From an archaeon (lineage in GTDB: Archaea; Nanobdellota; Nanobdellia; Pacearchaeales; GW2011-AR1), in the NCBI GenBank assembly GCA_018697035.1, contig JABHSE010000004.1:259300-323299 (forward strand): a DNA stretch of 64,000 bases, in the 5' to 3' direction. Positions 25,883 to 35,162 of the stretch are shown here, piece after piece; the stretch's first letter is position 1; each line of letters begins with the position of its first letter. The translations under genes and the position numbers were made by a program. The notes beneath the pieces were generated by a model. The model saw nothing but the letters and a program-made list of their open reading frames with translations, made no database searches and was not told the origin of the DNA.

Positions 25883-26026
25883 ATGATAGTTAAACTACAA
25901 GTTTTATACGACGACCTTAACCCAAACGGCGGAAGAGGACGAGACAAGATAATTCGTGAGATTGATAGAGCAATGGACGGCGCAACATGGGAAGCAAGCG
26001 GCGAAGGTTGGATAGCTAGAAGATAG
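25883..26026 (+). CDS. 47-aa hypothetical peptide (not in the ORF track)
   Basis: Strong SD AAGGAGGTG 5 nt upstream. My translation: MIVKLQVLYDDLNPNGGRGRDKIIREIDRAMDGATWEASGEGWIARR. Confidence 0.35.
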   Translation: MIVKLQVLYDDLNPNGGRGRDKIIREIDRAMDGATWEASGEGWIARR

Positions 26027-26115
26027 TTATGGCAAAAAACTCTACTCGATCTATGACTGCCGACAAGGCCATTAGACACGAATACAAACCCAATTTATTT
26101 TTTATTTAATTTATC

Positions 26116-26742
26116 CTAATCCAATGTCTCCAAACTCTTCACAAAAATTTCCTTCTCCAAATCCTCTCTCAACAACTGATAATCACTCCCAATAATCTCA
26201 CCCTTTCTTCCAACAATATCAACATACTCTAATTCAGAAGTAGTCCGAGCCTTAACCAATATCAACAAAAACGAATGCAACTTCCGACTCCCGACCCCTA
26301 ACTTCTGACTCCCAACCTTAGTAACATGCTCCAACGTCACAGAACAAACCTTCTCAAACTCACACCTAACTCCAAACTTCTTCCCAATTCTCTTCACAGC
26401 ATCCTCAAACCCCTCTCCCTGAATCATCCTCCCAGCCGGGAGCGACAACTTACTAAAGAACGGCCTCTTCTTCCTATCAATCAAAAAAACCCTTCCATCC
26501 CTCTCAATCGCAACCAAAACAACCGGCATCACAAAACGCTTATCCGAAACATAGGGAATCTCCTTCTCTCCCTCTTCCGTCAAAATATACTCATCACTAT
26601 CCTTCATTAAAATTCCCTCGCTCACCAGCTTCCCCAAATGATAACTAAGCTTATTCGACCGAACTCCAACCCCCCGCTCTATCTCACTAAACCGCAGCCT
26701 ACTCTCACACAGAAAACATTCCAAAATCTTATCCTTCATCAA
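26116..26742 (-). CDS. ArsR-like wHTH fused to a degenerate Nudix domain (putative ligand-sensing regulator)
   Basis: N-terminal LRFSEIERGVGVRSNKLSYHLGKLVSEGIL is a wHTH. The Nudix-like box PAGRMIQGEGFEDAVKRIGKKFGV lacks the RExxEE glutamates. Confidence 0.55.
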   Translation of the reverse strand: MMKDKILECFLCESRLRFSEIERGVGVRSNKLSYHLGKLVSEGILMKDSDEYILTEEGEKEIPYVSDKRFVMPVVLVAIERDGRVFLIDRKKRPFFSKLSLPAGRMIQGEGFEDAVKRIGKKFGVRCEFEKVCSVTLEHVTKVGSQKLGVGSRKLHSFLLILVKARTTSELEYVDIVGRKGEIIGSDYQLLREDLEKEIFVKSLETLD

Positions 26743-26788
26743 ATTTTTTGAGCAACTCTTTATATATAAGAACTCATATACTCTACTT

Positions 26789-27358
26789 ATGGATATACCA
26801 ATAAGCCAAAAGATTTCTCAAATAAAAGAAACCCACAAAATGATAAAAGAAATAAAAGAATTCCCAAATCTAGAAAAGTCAAAACCTACATCAGACAAAA
26901 CCCACCAAATCGCCGTAACAGGCATAATAAGAAACAAGGAAGGCAAATATCTAATCTGCAAACGCTCCCCAAATGAAAAAGCCTTCCCAAATAAGTGGTG
27001 CGTCCCAGGTGGCAAAATAGAAACAAAAGATTTCATAAATACCCCGAAAGACACACAAGACCACTGGTTTGATATCTTCGAAAAAACTCTAATGAGAGAA
27101 GTCTTAGAAGAAACAAGCCTAACAATAAAAAACATAGGCTACATATCAAACCTAGCATTCATCCACCCAAACGGCTCCTCATCAATGATAGTCTCCCTCC
27201 ACGCCGACCACGATTCCGGAATTGTAAAACTCCAAGAAGAAGAACTAACGGATCACGCCTGGGTAACAATAGAAGAAGCAAAAGAGTTTAATTTGATTGA
27301 AAACATACTAGAACAAATCATTGCAACAAACGACAAGCTCACTCCCCGAAATTCCTAA
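26789..27358 (+). CDS. Nudix hydrolase
   Basis: WCVPGGKIE...MREVLEETSL, a Nudix box with an insertion. Confidence 0.7.
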   Translation: MDIPISQKISQIKETHKMIKEIKEFPNLEKSKPTSDKTHQIAVTGIIRNKEGKYLICKRSPNEKAFPNKWCVPGGKIETKDFINTPKDTQDHWFDIFEKTLMREVLEETSLTIKNIGYISNLAFIHPNGSSSMIVSLHADHDSGIVKLQEEELTDHAWVTIEEAKEFNLIENILEQIIATNDKLTPRNS

Positions 27359-27941
27359 TCATGCTCTCAAGCTTCTTGATATTCAAAGCCTTCCCATCAT
27401 CTCTCTTTGTACGAGCAATGTCAGTAAAATACTCGTGCCCACAAATAAAGTCCAATTGAAACTTCAAAAAACCCAAACCATATGGAAGCCCAAGCTCTTT
27501 CCGAAGCAACTCTCCTTTATCAAAAAAACATTCTCGCCCCAAGTTATCCAAATCGCAATCACACATCAGCTCTCCCAAATAATTACCAGGATTCTGAGGC
27601 ATAACAGTCGCCATAATAATATCACAACACATCTCAACCCTCTCACTAGAATATCCCAATCCAGGCAAATACCCTCTCATAAATTCCGCAGTCCGAATCT
27701 CGTTATTAGTCCTACCAGGAATCACAATATGATCATGAATCAAAGCCCCACTCTCCAAACAAAATCGCTCCTCATAAGACAACCCCAGCTCAACCGCGTA
27801 ACCACGAGCAGCCGAAAAAGCCTCAAACTCATGCTCAAAGTTATGGTAACAAAGTTTCGGAGCACTCCCCATCCCAAGCTCAACAAGATTCCCAAGTCTA
27901 ACCATATCATCCCTCGCAATCAAATTCTGTTTCGCTTTCAT
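27339..27941 (-). CDS. HD-domain phosphohydrolase
   Basis: HNFEHEFEAF .. GALIHDH (H..HD) motifs. Confidence 0.65.
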   Translation of the reverse strand: MKAKQNLIARDDMVRLGNLVELGMGSAPKLCYHNFEHEFEAFSAARGYAVELGLSYEERFCLESGALIHDHIVIPGRTNNEIRTAEFMRGYLPGLGYSSERVEMCCDIIMATVMPQNPGNYLGELMCDCDLDNLGRECFFDKGELLRKELGLPYGLGFLKFQLDFICGHEYFTDIARTKRDDGKALNIKKLESMIRNFGE

Positions 27942-28033
27942 ACTATATCAATAATATCTATATACAAGAAACATCTCATAGAAAATTACAGATTAAACGC
28001 AAGATTTATAAAATAAATAAGATTTATCCTAGC

Positions 28034-29026
28034 ATGAAATGTCTAGAGAATAAAAATACCAAAGAAATAATTTTAGACATCAAAGATAAAAAAATCCTCT
28101 CAGTCATTTCACAAAATGCAAGAATGCCACTAACTAGGGTCGCAAAAAAAGTAGCCCTCTCAAGAGATTCCATAAACTACAGAATCAAGAACTACGAAAA
28201 ACAAAGACTCATTAAAGGATACCGAACCATAATCAACATCGCCCACTTCGGCTACGACAACTACCATCTCTTTATAAAACTAAACAATCCCTCACCAGAA
28301 CTAGAAAAAAAAATCATCGACAAACTAATCCAAAAACCATTTATAAGAGCCGTCCTAAAATTTAGCGGAAAGTTCGATCTGGAAATAGCAATAGTAGCAA
28401 ACAGTATCTTAAACCTTGACAAGATACTAGATGAGATAAACAACAGCAGCGAGCAAAACATCCTCGATTACGAATTATTAGCAATATCAAAAACATTCAC
28501 AACAAAATCCTTACCAATGAATCAATCCAAACACGAAAAATCCAACAAGACGAAAATAAAAAAGATAGACAAAAAGGATATCCAAATATTAAACTTACTA
28601 AGTAAAAACGCGAAACTTCCCATCTTTGAATTAGCCGAGAAACTAAAACTCTCAACGGACGCAATCATCTACAGGATAAAAAAATTAAAAGAATCAGGCA
28701 CAATAATAAAATTCATCCCAGTGATAAACTTCGATGCTCTCGGATACAACCTCCACGTCGTCCTTCTAAACACAAATATCTCCAAAGAAAAAGATGAGAA
28801 AAATCTATCCAACTTTTTATCAAAAAATGAAAACACTCTATGGGCAGTAAAGGCAATCGGGAAATTCAACGTCATAATTTATCTACTAACAAAAAACGCA
28901 GGAGAACTTCAAAAAACCTTACTAGACTTAAGGAAATTCCTCCCAGGACGACTAAATAAACAAGAACTCCTAATCGCCCATGAACAATTTAAATATGATT
29001 ATTTCCCAGAAGAATTAATAAAATAA
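28034..29026 (+). CDS. tandem Lrp/AsnC-family transcriptional regulator (two HTH-plus-RAM-like modules)
   Basis: DIKDKKILSVISQNARMPLTRVAKKVALSRDSINYRIKN recurs as DKKDIQILNLLSKNAKLPIFELAEKLKLSTDAIIYRIKK. Confidence 0.75.
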   Translation: MKCLENKNTKEIILDIKDKKILSVISQNARMPLTRVAKKVALSRDSINYRIKNYEKQRLIKGYRTIINIAHFGYDNYHLFIKLNNPSPELEKKIIDKLIQKPFIRAVLKFSGKFDLEIAIVANSILNLDKILDEINNSSEQNILDYELLAISKTFTTKSLPMNQSKHEKSNKTKIKKIDKKDIQILNLLSKNAKLPIFELAEKLKLSTDAIIYRIKKLKESGTIIKFIPVINFDALGYNLHVVLLNTNISKEKDEKNLSNFLSKNENTLWAVKAIGKFNVIIYLLTKNAGELQKTLLDLRKFLPGRLNKQELLIAHEQFKYDYFPEELIK

Positions 29027-29095
29027 TTTACCTTAAACTACAAACCCTCCTAAGACTCGTAATTCTAAAATTCACAATGATGATAATTCTTCATA

Positions 29096-30193
29096 CTATC
29101 TAACTCGAATCCGCCCTTCCTGCCAATCCCTCAAAATAATCCGAGCCGTCCGATCCTCATCTACAACCCCACCCTTGATCAAAAACCCTCTCTTCCGACC
29201 AAGCTCCTCAATCAAAATCTCAACATCCCCTCTAGCATCAATCCCATAAAACTCATCAATAGCATGTGCACTCTTCTCTGCATCCACAACAGCCTTCTCT
29301 TCCTTCTCAGTCAAATTCTCCGGATCCACTGCAGGAGCAGCCCGAACCAAAAACATAACCGCCCTCTCAGGATCATGAACATCACTATAACTCCGCGCCC
29401 CAATCCTAACATCCTCCGCGAACCCCTTCCTCTCCGTGGTATACCGGTCCTCAGGAATAACCCCAGGCGTATCAAGTACAAGTATACCCTCACTCATCCG
29501 AATCTTCTGCATCCCCTTTGTAAACCCAGCCTTAGCCCCAGTCTTCGCGCAAGGCCTCCTAGTCATAAAATTAATCACAGAACTCTTCCCCGCATTTGGA
29601 ACACCAATAACACCAACATGAACCCGACCCCAATTCTCATCCCTCTTAACAATCGCCGTCTTCTCTTCAGCTCGAGTCTTCTTCTTTCCCTTTCCTTTCT
29701 TAGTAGGACTATCATCCCCTCTAATAACCGAACTATCCTCTGCAATCCCCTTCGCCTTCCTCTCCGCCAAAATCCTCTTAGCCTCCATCTTAACCCGAGC
29801 CTTCAAATCATTCAACCCAATCCCCTGCGTCGCCGAAACAAAAACATAAGGCCGCATCCATTCAGGAATCCGCTTCTCAAGTTCCTTCCGGTCAACCAAA
29901 TCACACTTATTAAAAATATAAATCAATTTCTTGCCCGATGAAGACGGAACTTCTTTAGAAGTTCCCTTTTTAGAGGGTACATTATTACGTGTCACCAAAG
30001 CACTATTCAAGATCTGCTCCTCAATCTCAACATTCCGCGTCTCTTCAATATACCTCGCATCCAAAATCTCCAAAACAATATCCGAAATCGCAATCACATC
30101 CTTCATAATCTTCGGATACTTCTGCCGCTGCTTCTTAATATTCTCAATCCTACCAGTATGCCGACTCCCAAACGAATATCTTACTCTTACCAT
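29096..30193 (-). CDS. circularly permuted GTPase, paralog of 21611-22366, with a K/E-rich insert
   Basis: NKCDLV precedes GVPNAGKSSVIN and DTPG. The C-terminus GFLIKGGVVDEDRTARIILRDWQEGR matches the paralog. Confidence 0.75.
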   Translation of the reverse strand: MVRVRYSFGSRHTGRIENIKKQRQKYPKIMKDVIAISDIVLEILDARYIEETRNVEIEEQILNSALVTRNNVPSKKGTSKEVPSSSGKKLIYIFNKCDLVDRKELEKRIPEWMRPYVFVSATQGIGLNDLKARVKMEAKRILAERKAKGIAEDSSVIRGDDSPTKKGKGKKKTRAEEKTAIVKRDENWGRVHVGVIGVPNAGKSSVINFMTRRPCAKTGAKAGFTKGMQKIRMSEGILVLDTPGVIPEDRYTTERKGFAEDVRIGARSYSDVHDPERAVMFLVRAAPAVDPENLTEKEEKAVVDAEKSAHAIDEFYGIDARGDVEILIEELGRKRGFLIKGGVVDEDRTARIILRDWQEGRIRVR

Positions 30194-30239
30194 GTATAAA
30201 TAAAATAAAACCGCTATAAAAAACTACTTACAAACAGAA

Positions 30240-30980
30240 TTAACTTTTATTAATAGAAACAGAAACGGGGTTCTCAAAAACACGATCAAAAAATCCATCA
30301 ATATCTGAATTATAACTACACCAATTATTTTTATTTTTCTTAAGGGAATCTAAGTTAATATAATTATCAGGATATAAATCATGTCCACTAGCCCAATTTG
30401 TTTTATATTCCCAATCTCCATGTTTAGCAACAAATATATGATTTCTAGGACGAACACTTCCATGCCACAATTGATCCGATGTAGGATCAGCGACAATGAA
30501 ACCCTTTTCTTCTCCAAGTAAAAACGGGAAGGCTGTATAACAATGATCATGATCACTATCCAAAACACTAGCATTGGGATAACCCATACCCAAACCAGCC
30601 ACCATTAAATTCTGAGCAGAGGGGCAACATTCATAACTAGGAAACGTAGAATCGTTTTTTTTACCAAGAATATAATGCTTATACATTAAATCATAAATAA
30701 TTTTTACATGTTCAAAAAGCTCCTCCCTATCTCCTAATTGCATAGCAGAAAAACCTGGAGAATCTCTATATTTCTCCAAAATTTCTTCTATATTAGATTT
30801 ATTACTGCTTTCTCCATAATTAATTACTCCATTATTAGAAACATCTATATGTCTAGGGATATCTTGATCATTACTAAAGCTCTTTAATTCAAAATTATTC
30901 TTTATATCGAACCTCTCCTCATACGCCCGCGTCCAAATAGAAAACGGATTTATTTCATCATGCACTTTATCTTCAATCAT
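30240..30980 (-). CDS. hypothetical protein with a transglutaminase-like Cys-His-Asp pattern; compositional outlier
   Basis: ECCPSAQNL..(~35 aa)..HDHCYTAF..(~17 aa)..VADPTS resembles a transglutaminase-like cysteine peptidase core. It lacks the local C>>G skew. Confidence 0.4.
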   Translation of the reverse strand: MIEDKVHDEINPFSIWTRAYEERFDIKNNFELKSFSNDQDIPRHIDVSNNGVINYGESSNKSNIEEILEKYRDSPGFSAMQLGDREELFEHVKIIYDLMYKHYILGKKNDSTFPSYECCPSAQNLMVAGLGMGYPNASVLDSDHDHCYTAFPFLLGEEKGFIVADPTSDQLWHGSVRPRNHIFVAKHGDWEYKTNWASGHDLYPDNYINLDSLKKNKNNWCSYNSDIDGFFDRVFENPVSVSINKS

Positions 30981-31045
30981 AAAAGATAGGTTCAGATTAC
31001 CTTTTTAAAACTTTACTATTGTAGCTACTTCAAAATGACATGTAT

Positions 31046-32359
31046 TTACCTTCTAGACCGCGTCCGCCCCATAGCAACCCGCCTAGATCCCGAAACCTTC
31101 CCACCCCTCCGACTCCTAGATTCATTCCGCCTTCCACGAGCCCCACTCTTCCGCCTATCCCGACCTCGCCCCCGACCAATACCTTGCCTCCTAGGCCTAG
31201 GCTTAGCCTCGACACCCTCAGCAGTCTTAGCCGCAACCGAATGCCACTTATGCCCAGCATGCTCAACCTTCCGCTTAATCACCCGCTCAATCTGATTCAA
31301 ATAGTTCCTTTCCTCAGCCGAACAAAAAGAATAAGCAGTGCCACTCTCTCCAGCCCTCGCCGTCCGACCAATCCGATGCACATAATTCTCAGGCTCATTC
31401 GGCAAATCATAATTAACAACATGACTAATATTTGAAACATCAATCCCTCGAGCCGCAATATCAGTCGCAACCAAAACCCGAACAGCTCCACACTTAAATT
31501 CTCTCAATGCCTTCTCCCGCTGAAACTGAGATTTATTCCCATGAATCGCAGCAGCCTCGACACCATTCTTATTCAAAATCATCGCAACCTTATTCGCCTT
31601 ATGCTTCATCCCAACAAAAACCAAAACCCTATCCATATTCTGCTGCTTAATCAAATCCAACAACAGCTCCTCCTTATTCTTCCGATCCACAAAAAAAACA
31701 CACTGCTCAATCTTATCAACCGGAGTAGACTGCGGCGTAACCTCAACTCTAACCGGACTCTTCAAAAAATCATCAGCCAGCTCACTAATCTCCTTAGACA
31801 TTGTCGCCGAAAAAAACAAAACCTGCCTCTCCTCGCGGCATGTCTTAACAATCTTCTTAACATCCCGCAAAAACCCCATATCCAACATCCGATCCGCCTC
31901 ATCCAAAACCAAAAACTCCACATTCTTCAAACTAACTTTCCCTTGATTCATCAAATCAATCAATCTACCAGGAGTCGCAATCAAAACATCAACCCCGGCT
32001 CTCAAAGCTCTAATTTGCGGAACAATTCCTACACCACCATAAACAGCCAAATAATTAAAATTCAAAAACTTCCCATAACTCTTAAACTCTTCCACAATCT
32101 GAGCAGCAAGCTCTCGAGTCGGAGCCAAAACCAAAGCCCGAGGACCCTTCCCATTATATTTCTTCTCATTCAACTTCTGCAAAATAGGTACCCCAAACGC
32201 CGCAGTCTTCCCAGTCCCAGTCTGAGCAATGCCAATAACATCTTTCCCACTCAACAACAAAGGTATAGTCTTCTCCTGAATCGGAGTTGGCTCTATATAT
32301 CCCGCTTCTTTCAATGCCTTCAATATAGGCTCAGCAATTCTGAGTGTTTCAAATTCCAT
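31046..32359 (-). CDS. DEAD-box ATP-dependent RNA helicase with an Arg-rich C-terminal tail
   Basis: AQTGTGKT, PTRELA, DEAD, SAT and HRIGRTARAG motifs. The tail is RPRRQGIGRGRGRDRRK... Confidence 0.9.
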   Translation of the reverse strand: MEFETLRIAEPILKALKEAGYIEPTPIQEKTIPLLLSGKDVIGIAQTGTGKTAAFGVPILQKLNEKKYNGKGPRALVLAPTRELAAQIVEEFKSYGKFLNFNYLAVYGGVGIVPQIRALRAGVDVLIATPGRLIDLMNQGKVSLKNVEFLVLDEADRMLDMGFLRDVKKIVKTCREERQVLFFSATMSKEISELADDFLKSPVRVEVTPQSTPVDKIEQCVFFVDRKNKEELLLDLIKQQNMDRVLVFVGMKHKANKVAMILNKNGVEAAAIHGNKSQFQREKALREFKCGAVRVLVATDIAARGIDVSNISHVVNYDLPNEPENYVHRIGRTARAGESGTAYSFCSAEERNYLNQIERVIKRKVEHAGHKWHSVAAKTAEGVEAKPRPRRQGIGRGRGRDRRKSGARGRRNESRSRRGGKVSGSRRVAMGRTRSRR

Positions 32360-32422
32360 ACCTATTAATCAAAAAATGCCTATATAAACTAACCAGTATA
32401 CTAGTAAATATTGAGGTATACC

Positions 32423-34210
32423 TTACTTCTTAACCTTCTCAAACAAAAACTCAAAATATTCCCCACCAATCGAGCTCGCCATCCTTTCAACAATCAACTC
32501 CGGAGTAGAACTAGCCAATCTTCCTAAAACAGGATTATGATTCACAATCAAATTAAAATCTTCATCAAGCCCACTAGCCTCAATCCCATCCACACGAGCA
32601 CCCTTAGGCAAGTTTTTCGCAATCTCTGCTCCCAAATGCGTAGCCAAAATAATAAAACAACCTTTCCGAACAAAATATTCAGCAGTCGCACCAATAATCT
32701 TCCCAGCAACACCAGGCTCCGTCACAGCCTCAATCTCATCAGCCAGAATCAGCGTGTTATTCCCAGATTTAATCCCAGACATCTGCGTAAGCAATGTCTC
32801 AAACGCCCCCTTAGAAGTACTGCCTTTAGTCTTAGCAAAATAATAAACCTCATCAAAAACCGGACACTCAAAAATACTCCCAACAACTGGCAATCCCATA
32901 CGAAACAACGAAACATTCTGCAACATATGCTCCAGCAAAGTAGTTTTCCCCCCTGAATTAGCCCCAGTCAAAATCGAACACCGAGCCTCATCGTCCAAAA
33001 CAAAACTAACCGGTTGAGCATCACGCAAAAACAGATTCAACCCATCTTCCAACAATAAGCTAGTACCATCTTTAGGCATAGTCATATCTTTACCGACCTT
33101 GTCCGTATCAGCGGATGCCATCTGGGCAGGAGGTACACCCTTGGGTGCCAAACCATCAACATACTTCGCAACCCCATTACAAAAGTCCTCGACAACTATC
33201 TCCGCCTCCAACCTCTGCAAAATCTTCGGTATACCTCTCAATTTCGAAGCATTCCGCTTAATCCTCTCCGCCACATCACTAAACTCATTAGCACTAGCAA
33301 TCCGAATCTGCGCCTCCAATTCCTTATAATCAACAGAAACAGGAACACCTAAATTAAAAATATGCTCCGGTACACCACTCCTCTCAATAGCCTCCCGAAC
33401 TAAAACCAAAATCTCGTCACTCATCTTCCCCTCACCAAGCATCTTCAGCATAACCTCACCTGAAATCATCATACCCTTAATTCCCTCACCAACCTCCTCA
33501 TTAATATCCTCAAGCGCAGCCTCGACCTCGCCCTCCGTTATAATCTTCCCCTCCTTATTCTCAAGCAATGCAAACGGCTCAATCAACAAATCCAAAACCT
33601 CTCGAAGCTCACAAGAAACATCCGCTCCATTAAGCAAAGCAAAATTCTCCCGCCAACCACTTAAGCTCTCCAAAAATCTCTCAAGATAAACATCCTCGAC
33701 GCTATTCAAAAAAACACTCTGCGGCAACCTTTCAAGCATTCCCCGAAAATCATCGCAATCGACAACCTGCACAACATCATATCGTTCCAACTCTGCAACA
33801 TCATTCTGACTAGTCAATAAAACGACTCCACAACTCAATTTATTTAATCTAACAAACGTAGACTCATCCTCAGTTACAACCACAACATCATATCGCGGCT
33901 TCCAACTAGCCCTCGGCTTACTCAATCTTCCCAACACGTCTCCCAATTCCCAATTCCCGACTCCCAACTTCTTAAAAAATTCTTGCCTCGCATAAACTTC
34001 TTTAAGAGAACTATCAATCCCAAAACAATTCCAGACATTTGAACTCTCCGAAAAAACAAACCCACCAGACAACTTTGCCAAAACCTTCCGATGGACAGCC
34101 TTAGCGTCTTTAGTTCGATAAATACTCCCAACCTTCCCGACACTACTCTTCCCAAGACTAAACGGACTCAAACTGTTCTCCGAAACAAACTTAACAAGCT
34201 CTCTTCTCAT
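32423..34210 (-). CDS. MutS-family ATPase (MutS domain V, MutS2-like, no Smr domain seen) carrying an in-frame repeat insertion
   Basis: TGANSGGKTTLLE Walker A and LILADEIEAVTEP Walker B. The start is moved to the ATG at 34210, 20 nt after the promoter element. The track ORF reads through that promoter. Confidence 0.7.
   Translation of the reverse strand: MRRELVKFVSENSLSPFSLGKSSVGKVGSIYRTKDAKAVHRKVLAKLSGGFVFSESSNVWNCFGIDSSLKEVYARQEFFKKLGVGNWELGDVLGRLSKPRASWKPRYDVVVVTEDESTFVRLNKLSCGVVLLTSQNDVAELERYDVVQVVDCDDFRGMLERLPQSVFLNSVEDVYLERFLESLSGWRENFALLNGADVSCELREVLDLLIEPFALLENKEGKIITEGEVEAALEDINEEVGEGIKGMMISGEVMLKMLGEGKMSDEILVLVREAIERSGVPEHIFNLGVPVSVDYKELEAQIRIASANEFSDVAERIKRNASKLRGIPKILQRLEAEIVVEDFCNGVAKYVDGLAPKGVPPAQMASADTDKVGKDMTMPKDGTSLLLEDGLNLFLRDAQPVSFVLDDEARCSILTGANSGGKTTLLEHMLQNVSLFRMGLPVVGSIFECPVFDEVYYFAKTKGSTSKGAFETLLTQMSGIKSGNNTLILADEIEAVTEPGVAGKIIGATAEYFVRKGCFIILATHLGAEIAKNLPKGARVDGIEASGLDEDFNLIVNHNPVLGRLASSTPELIVERMASSIGGEYFEFLFEKVKK
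33093..33149 (-). repeat. in-frame ~57-nt repeat element, copy M (encodes PKGVPPAQMASADTDKVG)
   Basis: See 17658-17716. Same orientation and reading frame. Confidence 0.7.
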
Positions 34211-34230
34211 CTCCGAAAAAATCCAAACCG

Positions 34231-34253
34231 CCTTATAAGAATTATTGCACTCC
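34231..34253 (-). promoter_or_regulatory. TATA box plus conserved upstream element (copy 3 of 3)
   Basis: The reverse strand reads GGAGTGCAATAATTCTTATAAGG. Confidence 0.55.
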
Positions 34254-34264
34254 AAACCAACAAT

Positions 34265-34291
34265 CTTAAAAACAATTTTACCACTGTAAAA
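34265..34291. repeat. 27-nt motif CTTAAAAACAATTTTACCACTGTAAAA (partner at 22415-22441)
   Basis: 24 of 27 nt identical. Weaker similarity (CAAC.ACATAC..AAAACA) continues for ~40 nt. Confidence 0.55.
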
Positions 34292-34449
34292 CCATACAAA
34301 CAACTCCACAACACATACAGAAAACACAATATACATACAGAAATACCTAGAAATCCGTGGAAAACCAGAAATATCCAGAAAAAGAAATAGACTCGTCTCT
34401 GGTAATCCTCAAAATATTTTACAAAACCATTAATCTAAAAGGGGAAATC

Positions 34450-34914
34450 ATGAACTGGCTAAAAAACCAAGCAAAGAAGCTCTTTGGAAAAACAAAACCT
34501 GAAGAAAAAACACCTGAAGAAAAAAACCAACCAGAAAAAGAATTCGAGGAAATTCTAAACACCTTGTTAAAACTAAACATCCTCATCCGAAAAGACCCTC
34601 AACTTGAAGATGAAGTAATGAAAGAAATTGAAGAAACAATCGACAACCTCCAAATTGTAATTCCGAGTATGATGGAAAGGTATCCAGGAGAAACACTGAC
34701 TTACGAACTCAAAAAAATAGGTCAAAACCACCTCTACAAAATCGTCAAAGAATACCTCGACCTCTCCTCAACAAGTCGCAAACAACAAGCCGAGATGTTC
34801 AAAAACAAGATAGCCTCTCTCTACAACGTCGCAAAAAGATCCAAAGATATCATAGAAAACAACGAGGTAGCAGAATTCAAAACCATGGCAAATTTCTTAT
34901 CAACCAAATTTTAA
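34450..34914 (+). CDS. island 2: hypothetical helical protein
   Basis: The internal ATG preceded by AAAGGGG (SD) is preferred over the track start at 34357. Confidence 0.5.
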   Translation: MNWLKNQAKKLFGKTKPEEKTPEEKNQPEKEFEEILNTLLKLNILIRKDPQLEDEVMKEIEETIDNLQIVIPSMMERYPGETLTYELKKIGQNHLYKIVKEYLDLSSTSRKQQAEMFKNKIASLYNVAKRSKDIIENNEVAEFKTMANFLSTKF

Positions 34915-34938
34915 TTCAATCAATCAGGGAGAACAATT

Positions 34939-35100
34939 ATGGAAAACACAGGTGACAAAGACGAGCAACAAAACACACAAGACACAGATAAAAGTGATCA
35001 AGAAAGATGGCGGAGGATAAAACGACCATCAGATTCAGATGAATTTTACTGGTGGAAAGGAGAGCAATATCCAGTTGATCATAAAGGAAGAGTCTGGTAA
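34939..35100 (+). CDS. island 2: 53-aa acidic/Trp-rich peptide (not in the ORF track)
   Basis: SD AGGGAG upstream. My translation: MENTGDKDEQQNTQDTDKSDQERWRRIKRPSDSDEFYWWKGEQYPVDHKGRVW. Confidence 0.35.
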   Translation: MENTGDKDEQQNTQDTDKSDQERWRRIKRPSDSDEFYWWKGEQYPVDHKGRVW

Positions 35101-35162
35101 CAATCCAAAAAACAAACCAACAATCAAAAACAGACTCTCTAAAAATTCAAGGAGGAAGCAAA

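Noticed and set aside
22415-26026. Calling island 1 an intact provirus or integrated plasmid.
   Set aside because: I recognised no integrase, replication initiator, capsid or packaging gene, and no tRNA-linked att site. Only composition, SD usage and conserved ends support a mobile origin.
34211-34336. N-terminal extension of the MutS-like ORF (MYIVFSVCVVELF...GLECNNSYK).
   Set aside because: The extension translates through the gene's own TATA box and conserved element (34231-34253) and through the 27-nt motif. The ATG at 34210 has canonical leaderless spacing. The same reasoning trims 4533-4577, 14599-14619, 16183-16200, 16854-16868, 57210-57248 and 59603-59707.
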